From Chiloscyllium plagiosum (lineage: Eukaryota): DNA of 64,000 bases. The stretch covers positions 44,516,381 through 44,580,380 of the forward strand of contig NC_057728.1 in assembly GCF_004010195.1 (NCBI RefSeq). Reading direction: 5' to 3'. Below the pieces are notes generated by a model. The model worked only from the letters and a program-made list of their open reading frames with translations, searched no databases and was not told where the DNA came from. The translations under genes and the position numbers were made by a program. Position 1 is the first letter of the stretch; each line of letters starts with the position of its first letter. Shown here piece after piece: positions 49,956-62,924 of this stretch.

Positions 49956-51999
49956 AACTAGGTCACAATGAAGCTTGAATGAAACTAAACAAAAAAGCAG
50001 CATTAGAGATGCACACAAAGACAGGTACCAAGTTTAAAAGAGAGACTGTTTGGTACAGAGAAGGAGAATAAAGGATTTGCAGTTTAAAAGTCCTTGGAGC
50101 ACAAGATGATGAGAAAAGACCAGGGAGAGAGGGGGAGAGAGAAAGCATTCCAGGTCTTTCATACAATCCCATTAACTCTGTCTGCTCTGTCTATTCTGGA
50201 AACAGCTGCTAGATTTAAGTATTTCAAGTAGGAGCGGTAGTAGGCCCCTCAGCCTGCTATTCCTCTCCAATAAAAGCATGGCTAATCTGACTACCCTACA
50301 ACCCCATCTACCACTGATAACCCTTCATTCTCATTTCTATGAGGAATTTATCGATGTCTGGTTTAAAAATCTTCAATTGATTCCTTCAACCACCTTTTGA
50401 GGAAGACAGTTCCAAAATATGTGATTCTCTGTGAAAAAAAAAGTAAAAAAAAAACTGCTCATCTCCCTTGAAGTCATTCTAATGTATTCTTGAGTCTATC
50501 TTTATCATCTTCCCACACTGGCTAACTAGCAGGTGCACCTTTATTTCTCAATATGTGAAATGATCAGATATGTGAGAATTTAAACAGGAGATGTGAATTA
50601 ATTTCAGGGTGTAAGTAGTTTCATGTTTTGTACAACTTGACTTGCTTCAACTATGCTCAGGTGATATTTAGGTCAGTATTTGTCCTTATCATAAAACGCA
50701 TTTAATCCAAGGTAGGTCTCAGGTGTAACAATCAGATGATGAAGTTAAAATTTGCTTCCATATATTTACCATGATTTTAACAAGATGAACACCCTAACTG
50801 AAAGTATCATGACAATGTGTCTTACGCTAATAATGCAGTGTGGCTTCCCTCCATTTATGTGAATGTTTGTAGAAGGATATCTGCAGCTTGTCCTTTTAAG
50901 GAAAGACAAATTCCAGACTGTAATAAAAATAAGTAATTATTAAATATTTAATATAAGTGTAATAAATGATTAGATTTGCAGTCCTGACAAGGATGAAATT
51001 TATCATACAATGTTCTAACAAAAGGTGAAAATTGACTCATTCTCTAATATGAACCACCAGTTCTTTTATTGAGTCCTTCTGTTCCCTATATCAGTACTGC
51101 TCAGAATCTCCCTGAAAACCTATTTAACTACTTGCTGCTTATACTGCCGAGTTGAGGAATCCAGAGGTTGTGGCATTGGTTGCCAGTTTATGAGTCAATG
51201 TTTATAGCTTGGGGTTTTGTCTGCAGGATGCTGGATGGGACTGAGAAAAAGAATGAACAGAGTGGAAAAATTGACTTAGGTGACGTGAACTTTTTAATTG
51301 TTCTCAATCTATAAAGGAAAGTAAAATGCATATTTTGAATGCTAGCAGATTTACTGCTGGTATGCCTGTCATAAAAATTCATTTTCATACTTGCTCTGAA
51401 GAACTGATCACATCGGTGCAATGTACATATTATGCTTAGCCTATTAAATGTGAGATGAAAGAACCTCTATGACATTACGATGACCTTGCATGTGAAATTG
51501 TAATTTTGGATTGTCGCCAGACATTAGCAATGAGACCATTTTGCACTTTGGTTCTGATTGCTATTATAACACCTCTGGTTTCACAAACCCCTGTGACAGT
51601 AATGCTGTCTGTTTCAGCGGCAGAATTATTCTCTTCCACCTGTTTTTTTTTTAATTGCTGTCCCTTCTTGTTAATTCTGAAACATACTGATTTCCTCCAT
51701 AAAGTGAGCCATGAATTTTCTGACATCTCCAACATTTGATAAAAATCATAACACACCACTTAAATATTTGAAAGTAAAATAAGAATAAAAGCAGTGAAAA
51801 ATGAAGAACATCTGACAAGCCTGTCTTTTCCAATCCATTAACACTTACCTTCTAAATCAAGATCGCCAGTTCTTACATAATAAAGAAGAAAGCATTTCAC
51901 CAGACTACTAAATAGTGAGTTATGCACAGTGAACATTTTGCCTTTGGAAGGAAGAGAGAAATGAATCAAGCAATCTGAAAGAGGCTATGATTTTGCTCG

Positions 52000-52600
52000 A
52001 TGATCATCATTAATACAGCCTGTGTAGAAGTCTACAGGCCAAACCAGTCAAGCTGCAGCAGGATAAATGGTGCAAAGCATCCTCCAAGGGAAGAAATTCA
52101 ATACTGGAAAAGAAAAATGGTTTCTTTATGAATAGCATTATTTGAATAAATTGAAATCTGAACTGTCATCTTAATAGCGTGCAAAAATGCTGTACTCCAG
52201 CAGCCCAGCAACTCAAGGGGTATAAAGATTTGACAACAGCACAAAAGGCCATAAGGATCAATCCCAGAGTTGACTGTCACTCAAAATCAATTGCCTCAGT
52301 GAGAGCATCTTGTCAGATTTTGGCTCAGTCACCCTCCTAGAATGTGCAATCATAATGTCTTCCACTTCAACAGATGGAAAATCTGATGTCATCTGAAATA
52401 AGTACTTCAATAAATTCTAATGTTGTCGATTGTGGGCACAACCAGTGCATTATGCAATGTAATTGCACTGGCACAGTTTACCTGATTCACTTGTACTGTA
52501 GAGATAAATGAATTATGAAAGGTTTGTCACAAATGGTTTACGCCCAATAATTTATCACATCCAGCATTTGGTTTCCTTTAATGTCATACATTTGAACTTA
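52000..52600 (+). pseudogene. Hantavirid-like Gc middle fragment (EVE)
   Basis: LNCHLNSVQKCC..KGYKDL ~ KKCNFATTPICEY..SGYKKV; Cys-rich CGHNQC. Confidence 0.4.
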
Positions 52601-53184
52601 AAATGCATTTTTACATTAATTCAATATTTTTCTATCAAAGTAAAATTTGACATTGTGGGGGAATTATCTTAAAATATTAGACTTTTGGTTTATGTTAATG
52701 TTTTTCATGCTACTCAGATAATTCTATGATCAAAATAATAAGGTGTAATAGATTTACAGAAACAGGAATAAGTGGATGTAAATTAGAAAGAAATATAGAA
52801 TGGGATAAACGATTAGAAAACAGGAACCCTTTGTGAGTAATGAAGATGAAATATATGTTTTTTTGTGTGTCTTTTCTGCCATTGTGCTGGATTTTTCAAT
52901 TTCCAAAGTTTACACTGCTTTTAGGTGATTCTTGGTTCTCTACATGTTAAATATCTTCATTAACCCTAATATTTTGGCAAGTTTTTGTAGTCTACCACAA
53001 GATAATTAACAAATTACTTGAGCCAGTGAATCCGTCTTTTGTTTCGTTTCAAAGATTGTCAATGGAAAAATAATGCTAAAACCATTGTTAGGACACCTTT
53101 TATATTTGGTTGAATCTATGACTCTGTGATCTTTGAACTGTGAGCGGCGCTTTGTTTTTAATAAGAGACCAAACAAAATTATAT

Positions 53185-53350
53185 AAAACAAAGAAGTGTG
53201 AAAACTGGAAATCTGAAAAAAAATCCACAAATTGCTGTAGAAACTCAGCAGGTCTGGCAGCATTTGTATAGAGAAAACCGAGTCAAAGATTTAGGTCCAG
53301 CGATCTTTCATCAAAACTGTTGAGTTTATCCAGCATTTTCTGTTTTGTTG
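53185..53350. mobile_element. Penelope-derived repeat
   Basis: aactcagcaggtctggcagcat..ctttcatca, as at 9030-9130. Confidence 0.65.
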
Positions 53351-53369
53351 CAAACAAATTGGTATTTGT

Positions 53370-55650
53370 TTATAGGATCTAGACTAGAAGTTAACTGCGG
53401 GTTGATTCTTGTTCAAAGAACACTGTAGATGTTTCGGCTCCCGAGATATACTATGCTCAAGTGTTGGCAGATGGCAGGATGTTGACAGGAGCCATCAGAG
53501 GGGTGCTGGTGCTTGCCAGTCTAACAAAGAATTTATTGAAAAAAAAAGAAAGCAAAACCAATGTTCGAGCTGGTTTGGAACTTCTTTTTTTTGTTGTGAG
53601 AAGGATTATAGCTGCCAAAGTTATAGGATGGAGGTTTAACTGCATCCAGATTATCCTCCAATTATCAATTTATTGAAGTTCTAAGAATAGAATCTCAATT
53701 ATAAGAGTTATGTGAATATTCCTCAGGCCTACTGAAAACTGCTAGCATTGGCCAATGCCTTCAGACGTAAAGCAAGGAACAATCCCACATGACACTATGT
53801 ATTGTTAAAACTGCATAAGTGAATTGGATAGTTACATGCTTTTTATTTTCATTATGTGTCTATGTGTGTGAGAGCTAGTATCAAAGAAGGTTGGATTTAA
53901 ATCATAGACATTAATTAGATTACTTTGCTTAATTTTGTTTAGCTGAAGCTACTATATTAATAATACATTGTGACTCTTCTATTTATGCTATAAATTTGGT
54001 GTCCAATACTGGTTATTCAAAAAATCTGGTTGGGAACAGCCGGGCCAATTTTAATGGTCCTTGAATGCTTTAATTTTACTATGTTGTGAATATAGGGAGA
54101 ATGTGGATGATTTGTTCTGGTTGACAGTCCCTAGGTTGTAGCATGGACTTTGGACAGAATCTTTTGATGTGAAGGGACCCTCAGCTGCCAACTGGAGAGA
54201 ATTCCTTTTCGGAAAGCTTCACCATATCTTTGTCCACCCCAGTACTTGACAGGCCATGAGTGGACTTTCCCCCATTTTCCTGTAGGTTACCCCGACAAAA
54301 TGTTGCCAGTGAATCAGAGGTAGAAAAGCTGACTTGCACAGCAGTTTCCAATTGGAGAAATTGCCTTCAGCATGATATCTAGGATTGACACTGGATCCCA
54401 GGCCAGAGGTGAATGGTTTGGGAGGGACTAGGTTTATGAAGTGCTGGCTGCAGCAGGGAAGGGTTTTGATATCAAGGCTAGAGGAATGCCTCTCAACTGG
54501 AATTTCTTACTCCTCAATAATAAGTTCCTTGATCAAACACTTTGAATGAAGGACAACTCTTTCCCAATTCTTCATCTCCCAGGAGACCACAAGCAAAGCT
54601 CTTTGGGATTGCTTACAATGGCCTCTGCATGGTAAATTCCCCACACATTGGTGGGTTAAGACTGGCAGGTGCAGGTGAGAAGATGGCAGTGTTCTGCTTG
54701 CTGTTCTCCAACCTGAATAAATGCTCCACTGACATGAAGCTTGCTCGGAGGTGGCACAAGATTCCTGACTTTCTTTCTGATGATTTTCTGCTGAACAAAT
54801 TGACTGAATAATTGATAAGCAAGTGAGTAACTAATGATAATGTAATACTTAGAATCAGAGAGAAAGGACTATTCATGCCCTCAGAATGTTGCATTTTACA
54901 GCTGATACATTCCTTTATAGGCAATGTCATGCAGTCATTTTAGTATCATAGGGAAATAGGCAAGTTCCAAGCAATGAGAAAAATGACAGATAATTTGTTT
55001 TGCTGACATTTCTTCAATGATAAATATTGGCCAAGACGTGAGGAGTTCCCTGTTCTTCTTGAAATAGTGCTATGGATTTTTTGCTTTCTCCTAAGAGAGC
55101 TGATCGAGTCTCAGGACATATCTCATCAAAAAGACCAACCTCTGGCAGTTGGCAGCACTTCTTCAATACCCACTGGAAAGTCATCCAGGATGCTGCACTC
55201 ACATTTGTGATGTTGAATTTAAACTCTCGAACTTCTAATTCGGAAGTGAGAAGTGGACCAGAACTGATGTGAAACAGATCATGAAAATAATAGTCTGCAC
55301 CTGCAGTCTTAAACGGTATTTTATAATTAGCTAACTAGTTTATTTAATTCTTCTTTCCTAATATTCTTGCCAAGTATGGGATCTATTTGGTCTCATTGAA
55401 AGATGCAGACCAACTGCATTTTATTTGAACAACCTTAGCTAATGAAATGCATCTGAAGTTGTCTCTGGGCTTTGTAGATTCGGTTAACTGTCAGTTAGAG
55501 GTAAAGGCAGCTGTCAGTCATTCACAAATCTGAACAAATTGCACTTTTTATTTTTGTTTGAATTATGTGGTTTGGCTTCCATTTTAAGTATCTCCACAGA
55601 GACCAAACCAGACTGCCCTCAAAGCAATCTAGGTTGAACACAATTTTGGT
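53370..55650 (+). pseudogene. Hantavirid-like Gc (fusion-loop region onward), interrupted by repeats at ~54010-54750 and 55010-55270
   Basis: GRWQD (53466) ~ GHWFD; GAC; W..S..CCEKDY (53595) ~ WHTAKCHYEKDY; GW..HPDYP ~ WGCNPSDCP; EKGLFM..C..IGNVM ~ GGGLIF..WC..PGDIM. Confidence 0.65.
55010..55270 (-). mobile_element. DeuSINE-like SINE
   Basis: ataaatattggcc..ccctgttcttcttgaaatagtgctatgga, typical of the reversed Deu domain; tRNA-like end. Confidence 0.55.
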
Positions 55651-55809
55651 TTTTAACTCTTTGTGTTTTATAACCAATTTAAAGGAATCATCATCATGAT
55701 TAAAAGGAAGAAGTGTTTCAGATGAATATAGGAAGAGGATTGAGTAGACTATGTAGCTAATTCTGCCCTTTGATTAGATCATGGCTCATCCAACTCCATG
55801 CTTTACTTT

Positions 55810-56950
55810 TACTGCAGCTAGTAATGCTGCACTTTATGGTGCATTGTGAATAGCTGGTTGTGTTTATGTTGCAAACTTGTAGTACAATGTTTGAGCTTTA
55901 AGTGTGCTTCCTCAATTCCAGAGCTCTTCTCATCCATCTGACAACTGAGATTTCCAATAGATTAAAAAAATATTCAATGAGGTAGTCAATTCTTTTTGAT
56001 ATTAGAGAGTTAACTGTAGTACAGTGGGTGTCCAAGTATTTTAACATTTGAATTGTCAGCTTGGCACTGATTATAGTTATACTGAAACAGATGTATACTT
56101 ATGAATATCATGAAACAGATGTAGGACAGTTGTAGGCTCTGGGGCCAAATTGCCAATTTGACAAAAATTGGTGGAATTATTCTGCATATTTGTTCGTGCA
56201 TTGCAAGAGATGCCAAAGAATAACACTGGGCATCAGAAATCACTGCTATTATCTGACAGTGCAGTGCTCTGTAAGAATTGTAACTGAAAGAAAAACAACA
56301 ATCTCTTTCAAAGATGTCGGTGGACTTGGAATGAGAGCAGCATCGCAGACAGACTATAAAAATAAACTGAGGAAGGAAAAATAGCCGACGAGAACAAGAC
56401 AGAAAGAGAGATGGAGGATAAATTATACTGTAAATAAGGGAGTGGGAAATATGTGGACAAATGTTTTAAAGTAGTTCCAGCAGTGGTATGCAAAGCTTAT
56501 TAACCATTGAGTGCAACCACTGCTGTTTCCTTAACGTGTGGTACATGTTGTATTAAGGTACTGATATCCTCATTGTATCTTTTTTAAAAATGTTCACCTT
56601 TTGTTTCAGGTTTGGAAATACTGGCTACCCATTCTAGTTTACTTTTCTTCACCAATTTTCCTTCAAGTGGATTCATAAATTGTGTGCTATGGTTTCCAAT
56701 TGGTCTCACTGCATGGATTAGCTTTTAATAAATTCTGTCCACTCAGAAATGTTTGGGCCAGCAAAGGCATTTCTAAGTATGAAGCTTGATTACTTATTCA
56801 ACTGCTTTGATTCCTTATAGTCTGAACAAGCAGCTAAACGTTTAACAGCAATGTAAAGTGTAAGCAAATACTGGAAGGTATGCTCGATGGATTTTAATGG
56901 AAAATAATGTTATTTTAGAACTATAGGGCATCTCCATTCATCATGCTGAG
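55810..56950 (-). pseudogene. Hantavirid-like Gn C-terminal region with cytoplasmic-tail zinc-finger remnant (EVE)
   Basis: AVVALNG ~ IVVYCNG; hydrophobic TM in ORF 56308-56493; GNLSCQM (55935) ~ GSMVCDV; FTMHHKVQ ~ FQAHYKVCQ. Confidence 0.62.
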
Positions 56951-57569
56951 AGTTTGTTCAAGATTAAGTTACCATCTTATGCATCATTTGTTCGCAGCTT
57001 TTTGTTTGCAGCCTGCTGTTCAAAAAGTGAAGTTTATTTAGGAATGACAGAAATAGCATACCTTTATATTCAAAACCAAATGTGAATAATAAATGACACC
57101 ATTAGGCAAACCATGGAATTAAATGAAAAGCAATGAAGCAAAGACTTCTGTCTCTTATTGGACAGAGAGATTGGTATTCTTTTTAAAGCTTATAATAGGA
57201 TTTTAAAAATACCTTCCCACTTTTGTTGAGTACACTATTTACTGCAATAATATGGGTTGAATATAAAATTTCCACGTCACAACTATTGACGCATGAAGTT
57301 CAAGGCTCTCCCTTCAGTGGAACATGATAAACAGCTTACCTGGTGGCTCGTAATGTGGTCAGGCAGAAAGCAGGCTCTAAAATTGATCCAAAGCTATTGA
57401 ATTTTTTTTTATTGAGATAAATCCTTATTTTAATAGACAATGCTTGTGAGTCATTGCTATATCTGACAAGATCATGACAGCGTTGTTAGATATTTGATTA
57501 TTCTCTTCTCACTCTAGGATTGTAAAATGTGATAGCTCTTAAAATTGTGTTGCGGGATTAATCCATGCT

Positions 57570-59400
57570 TACTGCACCAAATGCTGCCAGTATGCCAATT
57601 TTTGCTGACTGGCCATAGTATACAGTCAGTGCTGACTGCACTGTTGGACAGCCTACATTCTTCAGTGACGGGATCCAAACTGAGAGAGGCTAGTTAAAGC
57701 TGGGTTAAATCTGGGCAATGTAAAGGAGAGGAGTTTTTTTTTTTGGCTGGAGTCAGTGCTGAAAGTCATTCCACAGCTGATTCTTACTTATACAACACTC
57801 AATATCAGGAGAGAGAAGCTGACTCCAGCATTATCCACTGTTGCACTAGAGGCTTTCCAACGAATGGATGTAGAAGGGGAGAGATACATTCTACTGACAG
57901 GAGGTCCTTTAGCCAAACACTCACAATAGCGTGAGAGTGGATAGCCATGCAGGATAACACCAAGATTCAAAGTCTGGGGACCCAGAACAGTGTCAGAAAT
58001 ATTCATTTGTAGTGTCTGTGTGTGTATCCTCAAATTGCATTACACCATTAGTGTCACACACAACTCAATGTACCACAACCCATCATTCACCTACAACAAT
58101 ATCTATCCAGAATCAGACCTAACATTCATAGGTCCTACAGCACATACATTTCACACCACTGTAAATCTCACATTTACACTTCACAATTTGTACACATTTC
58201 CAGCTATTCATCCATGACAGCCACTTTACACAATACATTGTGCCACACGCAATGACCCACTTCCTGCTGTCTTGTTGGGCTGAGTGATGCACAAATCCCA
58301 GGCACCAGAGGCTATTTGGATAGAAGTATTTGGATTTGCCTGACCTTAATCCCATGGAAGAAATGGACATCACCATCATTGGGGTGGTCCTCTGAGGCTA
58401 TGGTTAGCAAAGGCCCTGAGACCAGAGAAAAGGATGGCATTTTCACAATAAATCCTCTTTCTTGCATCTCATTCCTTCTTTACACCACAATCCTTTCTGA
58501 TTTACAAACTGAAAATGCTGTGAGCATGCACCTTGTACTTTCTCTGTTCCCTTACTACTTCCCCACATTTATGCCTTTCTGCTTTTAGTTACATAACTAT
58601 TATCAGATGGCCTGACAGTGATGAAAGACTTTGAAGACAGTGATAATTGTGTCAAAATCTTCTGTTTGTATTCATTTTCAGTACTGAGCAAGCTGGAAAT
58701 CAGTGACTGGTAAGATTTATGGAAAACAGTTCCAAGAGTTGTTGGGTGACTACAATCAATTCTGCCCGCCAATATGGAGAGACTTATTGCACCGATTTCT
58801 ATGAACCACTCAAGAGAACTTCAGGGTCACTAAAGAGGAGTTCAAAGGTTATGGGCATTAAGCACAAAAGAGAGACAGAAGCAGACTCCATGTTAGGTGT
58901 GCTGCAAATACCTTTACTGTTGGGAAGATAGCTAACAAATTCTGTGGAGGGGATTTATTGATGTATTGAATAGCTTTATGCTGTTAAAACTCAGAGTAAA
59001 CTTCTAGAAATTAGTAGACAGCTCAGTATTGGAGTCAGGATTCAAAGGAAATAATGGGGACACACCAAATTGGGAAGTCACTGGCTCTGTGTTGGGAGAA
59101 TGCCAGGAGAGTTTTAGGAGAAGCCTACAAGCATTAAACCTTCAGTGTGGTTGAAAGAATGAAGTTGAAAGCTCACCAGCAACTGAGCAAGAATGGAGCT
59201 CAGGAAGGAAAACACAGGGACAGGACTGGCTTGGTGTGGATCGCTGTTCATGAAGGGCTGGAGTCACACCTGTGATGAAGTACTGGAATGCAGTATTAGA
59301 GTGCATGACAGCAATGACATGGGATTGGAGGGTCATCAATCAGAACAGAATAGTTGCTGAGGCAATTCATGGTGGAGTATTCCTGACAGGGAGTTTCAAG
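57570..59400 (+). mobile_element. Possible decayed Harbinger-like DNA transposon
   Basis: Weak Myb/SANT-like start at ~57815-57940 followed by a CA-rich intron-like tract. Confidence 0.3.
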
Positions 59401-59429
59401 GTAAGATTAACAAAGCTAAAGAATCTTTG

Positions 59430-59750
59430 GGGGAAGGGATGGCCCAGTGGTATTATCAGTGGACTGTTAATCCTGAGACCCAGGTAATGTTCTGGGGATT
59501 GGGGTTTGAATCCTGCCATGGTAGATGGTGGAATTTGAATTCAACAAAAATCTGGAATGAAGAATCTAATGATGACCATGAATCCATTGTTGATTGTTGG
59601 AAAAATCCATCTGGTTCACTAATGTCCTTTAGGGAAGGAAACTGCCATCCTTACCTGACTCCAGACCCACAGCAATGTGGTTGACCCTTAACTCTAGGCA
59701 ATAAATGCTGGCCTAGCCAGCGATGTCTTCTTCCCACAAATAAATAAAAT
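59430..59750 (+). mobile_element. tRNA-derived SINE ('family B')
   Basis: A box tggcccagtgg, B box gggtttgaatcc; tail ggcaataaatgctggcctagccagc shared with the family B LINE. Confidence 0.85.
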
Positions 59751-60199
59751 TGTATTTCCTTGTGAATTTTAATGCGATTTGATAACAATCATCAATATTT
59801 GGGATAAGTTATTGTGAAATCCATAGTATTGCCCTGATCATATTTGCTATTTGATGTACATCCTGGAGGTATAGGCATCATCTATTCCCTATATTTACCA
59901 ATATTAATTCTGAGTGTAAGAATATATGTTGCACATGCAGTATGAACTGTATTAATATTTTAATGTTGTGAGGTAAAATTTATCATTTGTTCAATAGAAT
60001 CTTGTGGCTTTATTCTCTTAAAGATCTCATACTTTGCCTACTTTAAAAGTAAAGTTACTGGATCCAGCCAAATTGTAACATTAAATTGGCAGTCTAGTCC
60101 AAGATTGTAACATGATCAAGGAATGCCATTACTAAAGAACATTCTTGCAGCTATCAGCTCAGATATTGACACTGCACATGATTTAGAGGATGTACTTGG

Positions 60200-60995
60200 C
60201 CTCTTTGTTCAGCAACACTCCCCAGGACCTTTCCATTAATTTGCTTTTCCAAAATGCAGCTCCTCACATTTATCTAAATTAAACTGGATCTGCCACCTTG
60301 GAGTGCAGGTTCATAGCTTCTTGAAAATAGAATCACATGTAGATAAGATAGTGAAGAGTGCAATGCTTTCCTTTATTGGTCAGAACATTGAGTACAGGAT
60401 TTGGGGTTCATGTTGCGGTTGTACAGGGCATTGGTTAGGCCACTTATGGAGTATTCTGTGCAATTCTGGTCTCCTTCCTCTTGAAAGGATGCTGTGAAAT
60501 GTGAAAGAGTTCAGAAACTATTTACAAGGATGTTGCCAGGGTTGGAGGATTTGAGCTATAGGGACAGGCTGAATAGAATAGGGCTGTTTTCCCTAGCATG
60601 TCAGAGGCTGAGGGTTGACCTTATAGAGGTTTATAAAATCATGAGGGGCATAGATAGGACAAGTAGACAAGGTATTTTCCCTGAGATGGGGGAGTGCAGA
60701 ACTAGCGGGCATAGGTTTAGGGTGAGAGGGGAAATATATAAAAGGGACCTAGGGGGCAACGTTTTCACGCAGAGGGTGATATGTGTCTGGAATGAACTAC
60801 CAGAGGATGTAGTGGAGGCTGGTACAATTACAGCATTTAAAAGGTATCTGGTTGGGTATATGAATAGGAAGGGTTTGGAGGGGTATGGGCTGGGTGCTGG
60901 CAGGTGGGACTAGATTAGGTTGGCATATCTGGTCAGCATGGATGAGTTGGAAGGGTCTGTTTCCATGCTGTACATCTCTATGACTCTGTGACTCG
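60200..60995 (+). mobile_element. HER1/CR1 3' fragment with inverted 5' piece (60200-60300)
   Basis: ORF 60494-60913 (ERVQKLFTRMLPGL, FTQRV..WNELP); CTATGACT tail. Confidence 0.9.
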
Positions 60996-61899
60996 ACTAG
61001 CTGACATAGAGGATAAAATACCTGCCAGCAGGGAGGTACAGTGGAAGGGAATGCAAAGATAGGTGCTTGGTTCCTTAAAAGCAATGCTACACAAATTCTG
61101 CAGTGGATAACTTAAATGAGATTTTCACTGGGGAGCCTACAGAAGAAGATTGGTACGGATGCACAATTAAATACTTTTTACATTGACAGACCAGCCAAGA
61201 AACCTATGGTTAATGTCAAGAGAATGGAGGAGTTTGGTACCAATGTTTCACACAGCTTGAGGCCTATCATCTCCAGTTGGAATGGTATCCAATTCTATTC
61301 ACACATTTGTGGACCCAATCATGATACAGTGATCTGATGGCAGATAATTCCATTTCCAGAGAAGGAGAAAGCTCCCATTATCTTGGTACTGTACTCAAAA
61401 CTCAGGGCGCTATCATGCAAGGTCCGTTTGCTGCCAAGGGGCATGGTGGTTAGCAGGATTACTGAGTCATTTCCTGGTGATGCAACTGATTCTGTGGAGC
61501 ACAGATCTGCAGTCAGCTCACGGTCTTGCAGAATTCGTCCACCCGTCACTGCCAGTCGAGGCTGTGCCCTTGCTGATGCCTCTTCACAAACCAGACCATG
61601 CTGCACATGCCAATATGGTGTCGACTGAAATTTGACTTTCTGTGCCAGACCTGCTTGAGGCTGTCTTCCAAAGCCAAGTGCAGTCTCCTCTCCTGCAAGT
61701 CAGCAGCCTTCCGCCAGATGTACTCGAGCCATTGTAGCACTGCAGAGAAGCAAATCATCCAGAAGACAGGCACCAGGGGATTGAGCAAAGGCAATTAGCT
61801 ATATGCAATATGACACAGTTTGATTTATAAACTTGGGTTACAATGTTTATTTTTTGTTTTTTGCACCGTTGTTAAATGTGTATCAGTAAAGAGAGAAGG

Positions 61900-62150
61900 T
61901 AAAGTGTGAGACCATTAATGAATGGACAATTGTGCTGCATTGGTACTGCAGTTGAATGGGTTTTTCACTAACAGCCCTATTAGAAATAAACTGTTCAGGT
62001 TCCCTCCTCTCTTTCTCTTGTTTCAACATATTGCTGGTGGAAAGACCTCTCTGACAGCAAGCAGTGGAAAGCCCTTTCGCATACATTTATGTGTCAATCA
62101 GAATCAAATTCCTCTTCCCAACTGGATTCTTCATGATAAGTCTTGCAATT
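61900..62150 (-). pseudogene. Possible hantavirid-like Gc fragment
   Basis: EFDSD.HINVCERAFHC ~ WFDGRLNLKTSFHC; short. Confidence 0.35.
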
Positions 62151-62169
62151 GTTGACTACAGGAAATCAG

Positions 62170-62700
62170 ACAATCATACAGAAGAGGCCCTTCGGCCCAC
62201 CAAGTTGGTATCAAAAAAAATCTACTAAGACTTACACCAGTCCCACTTTATCACGCAAGGCTCATAGCATTGGATGTATTGACACTTCAGTGCTCATCCA
62301 AGTACTTTGTGAAAGTTATGAGGTTTTCCATGTCAACTACTCTCCCAGCAGTGCATTCCAGATCACCACCACTCTTTGGATGAAAACACCTTTCCTCAAA
62401 TCTCCTCTAAACCTCCTGCTTTTAAAATATATCCCCTTGTTATTGACTCTTCAATTAAGGGGAATAGGTGCTTTCTACTCATTCTGTCCATGCCACTTAC
62501 ATGCTATAGGCACCAGATTTCTACCAACCCCCCACCCTTCACTGCTCCAAAGAAATGAAGCATAAGCTTATTCAGCCTATCTTCATAGCTGAAATGCTCC
62601 CTCCCAGCCAACATCCTCTGCACCCTCTCCAGTGCATCCTATAGTACGATGACCAAAACTGCATACAATCCTCCAGCTATGGCTTAATGAAAGTGCATAT
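62170..62700 (-). mobile_element. CR1 3' fragment
   Basis: ggcccttcggccca tail; antisense of the QRVV..WN.L motif. Confidence 0.8.
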
Positions 62701-62924
62701 AAGAGGTGAAATACCATAATTGCTGAAGTGAATTACTGATGCTTCTTCCTCCCCATGGAGTGATCTTTTGTGTGTGCATACTTAATGAGCTGACAATAAT
62801 GTAATGACAAAATCTGAGTCACCCCCCAAGTGAAACTGTTGCTCACTTTTGTGCATGCTACTGAACTTACTATACTCAAGAGTGGAGGTTTTCACCATTA
62901 TCTTGTCAGCCAATGGTCAGGTGT

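Larger units (their letters stand above)
47500..51900 (-). pseudogene. Hantavirid-like glycoprotein precursor, most complete copy (Gn head to Gc stem/TM), interrupted by TEs
   Basis: NNSAAETDSITVTGVC ~ NSFETVSTEVDLKGTC; LYDKFHPCQDC (50978-51009) ~ YYEAVHPCTVFC; SCRYPSTNIHING ~ VCQRVDMDIVVYCNG; VFRYSNQC (49427-49450) ~ LFRYKSRC; TNCETFL..SCY (47830-47885) ~ TECPTFL..ICY. Collinear. Confidence 0.75.
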
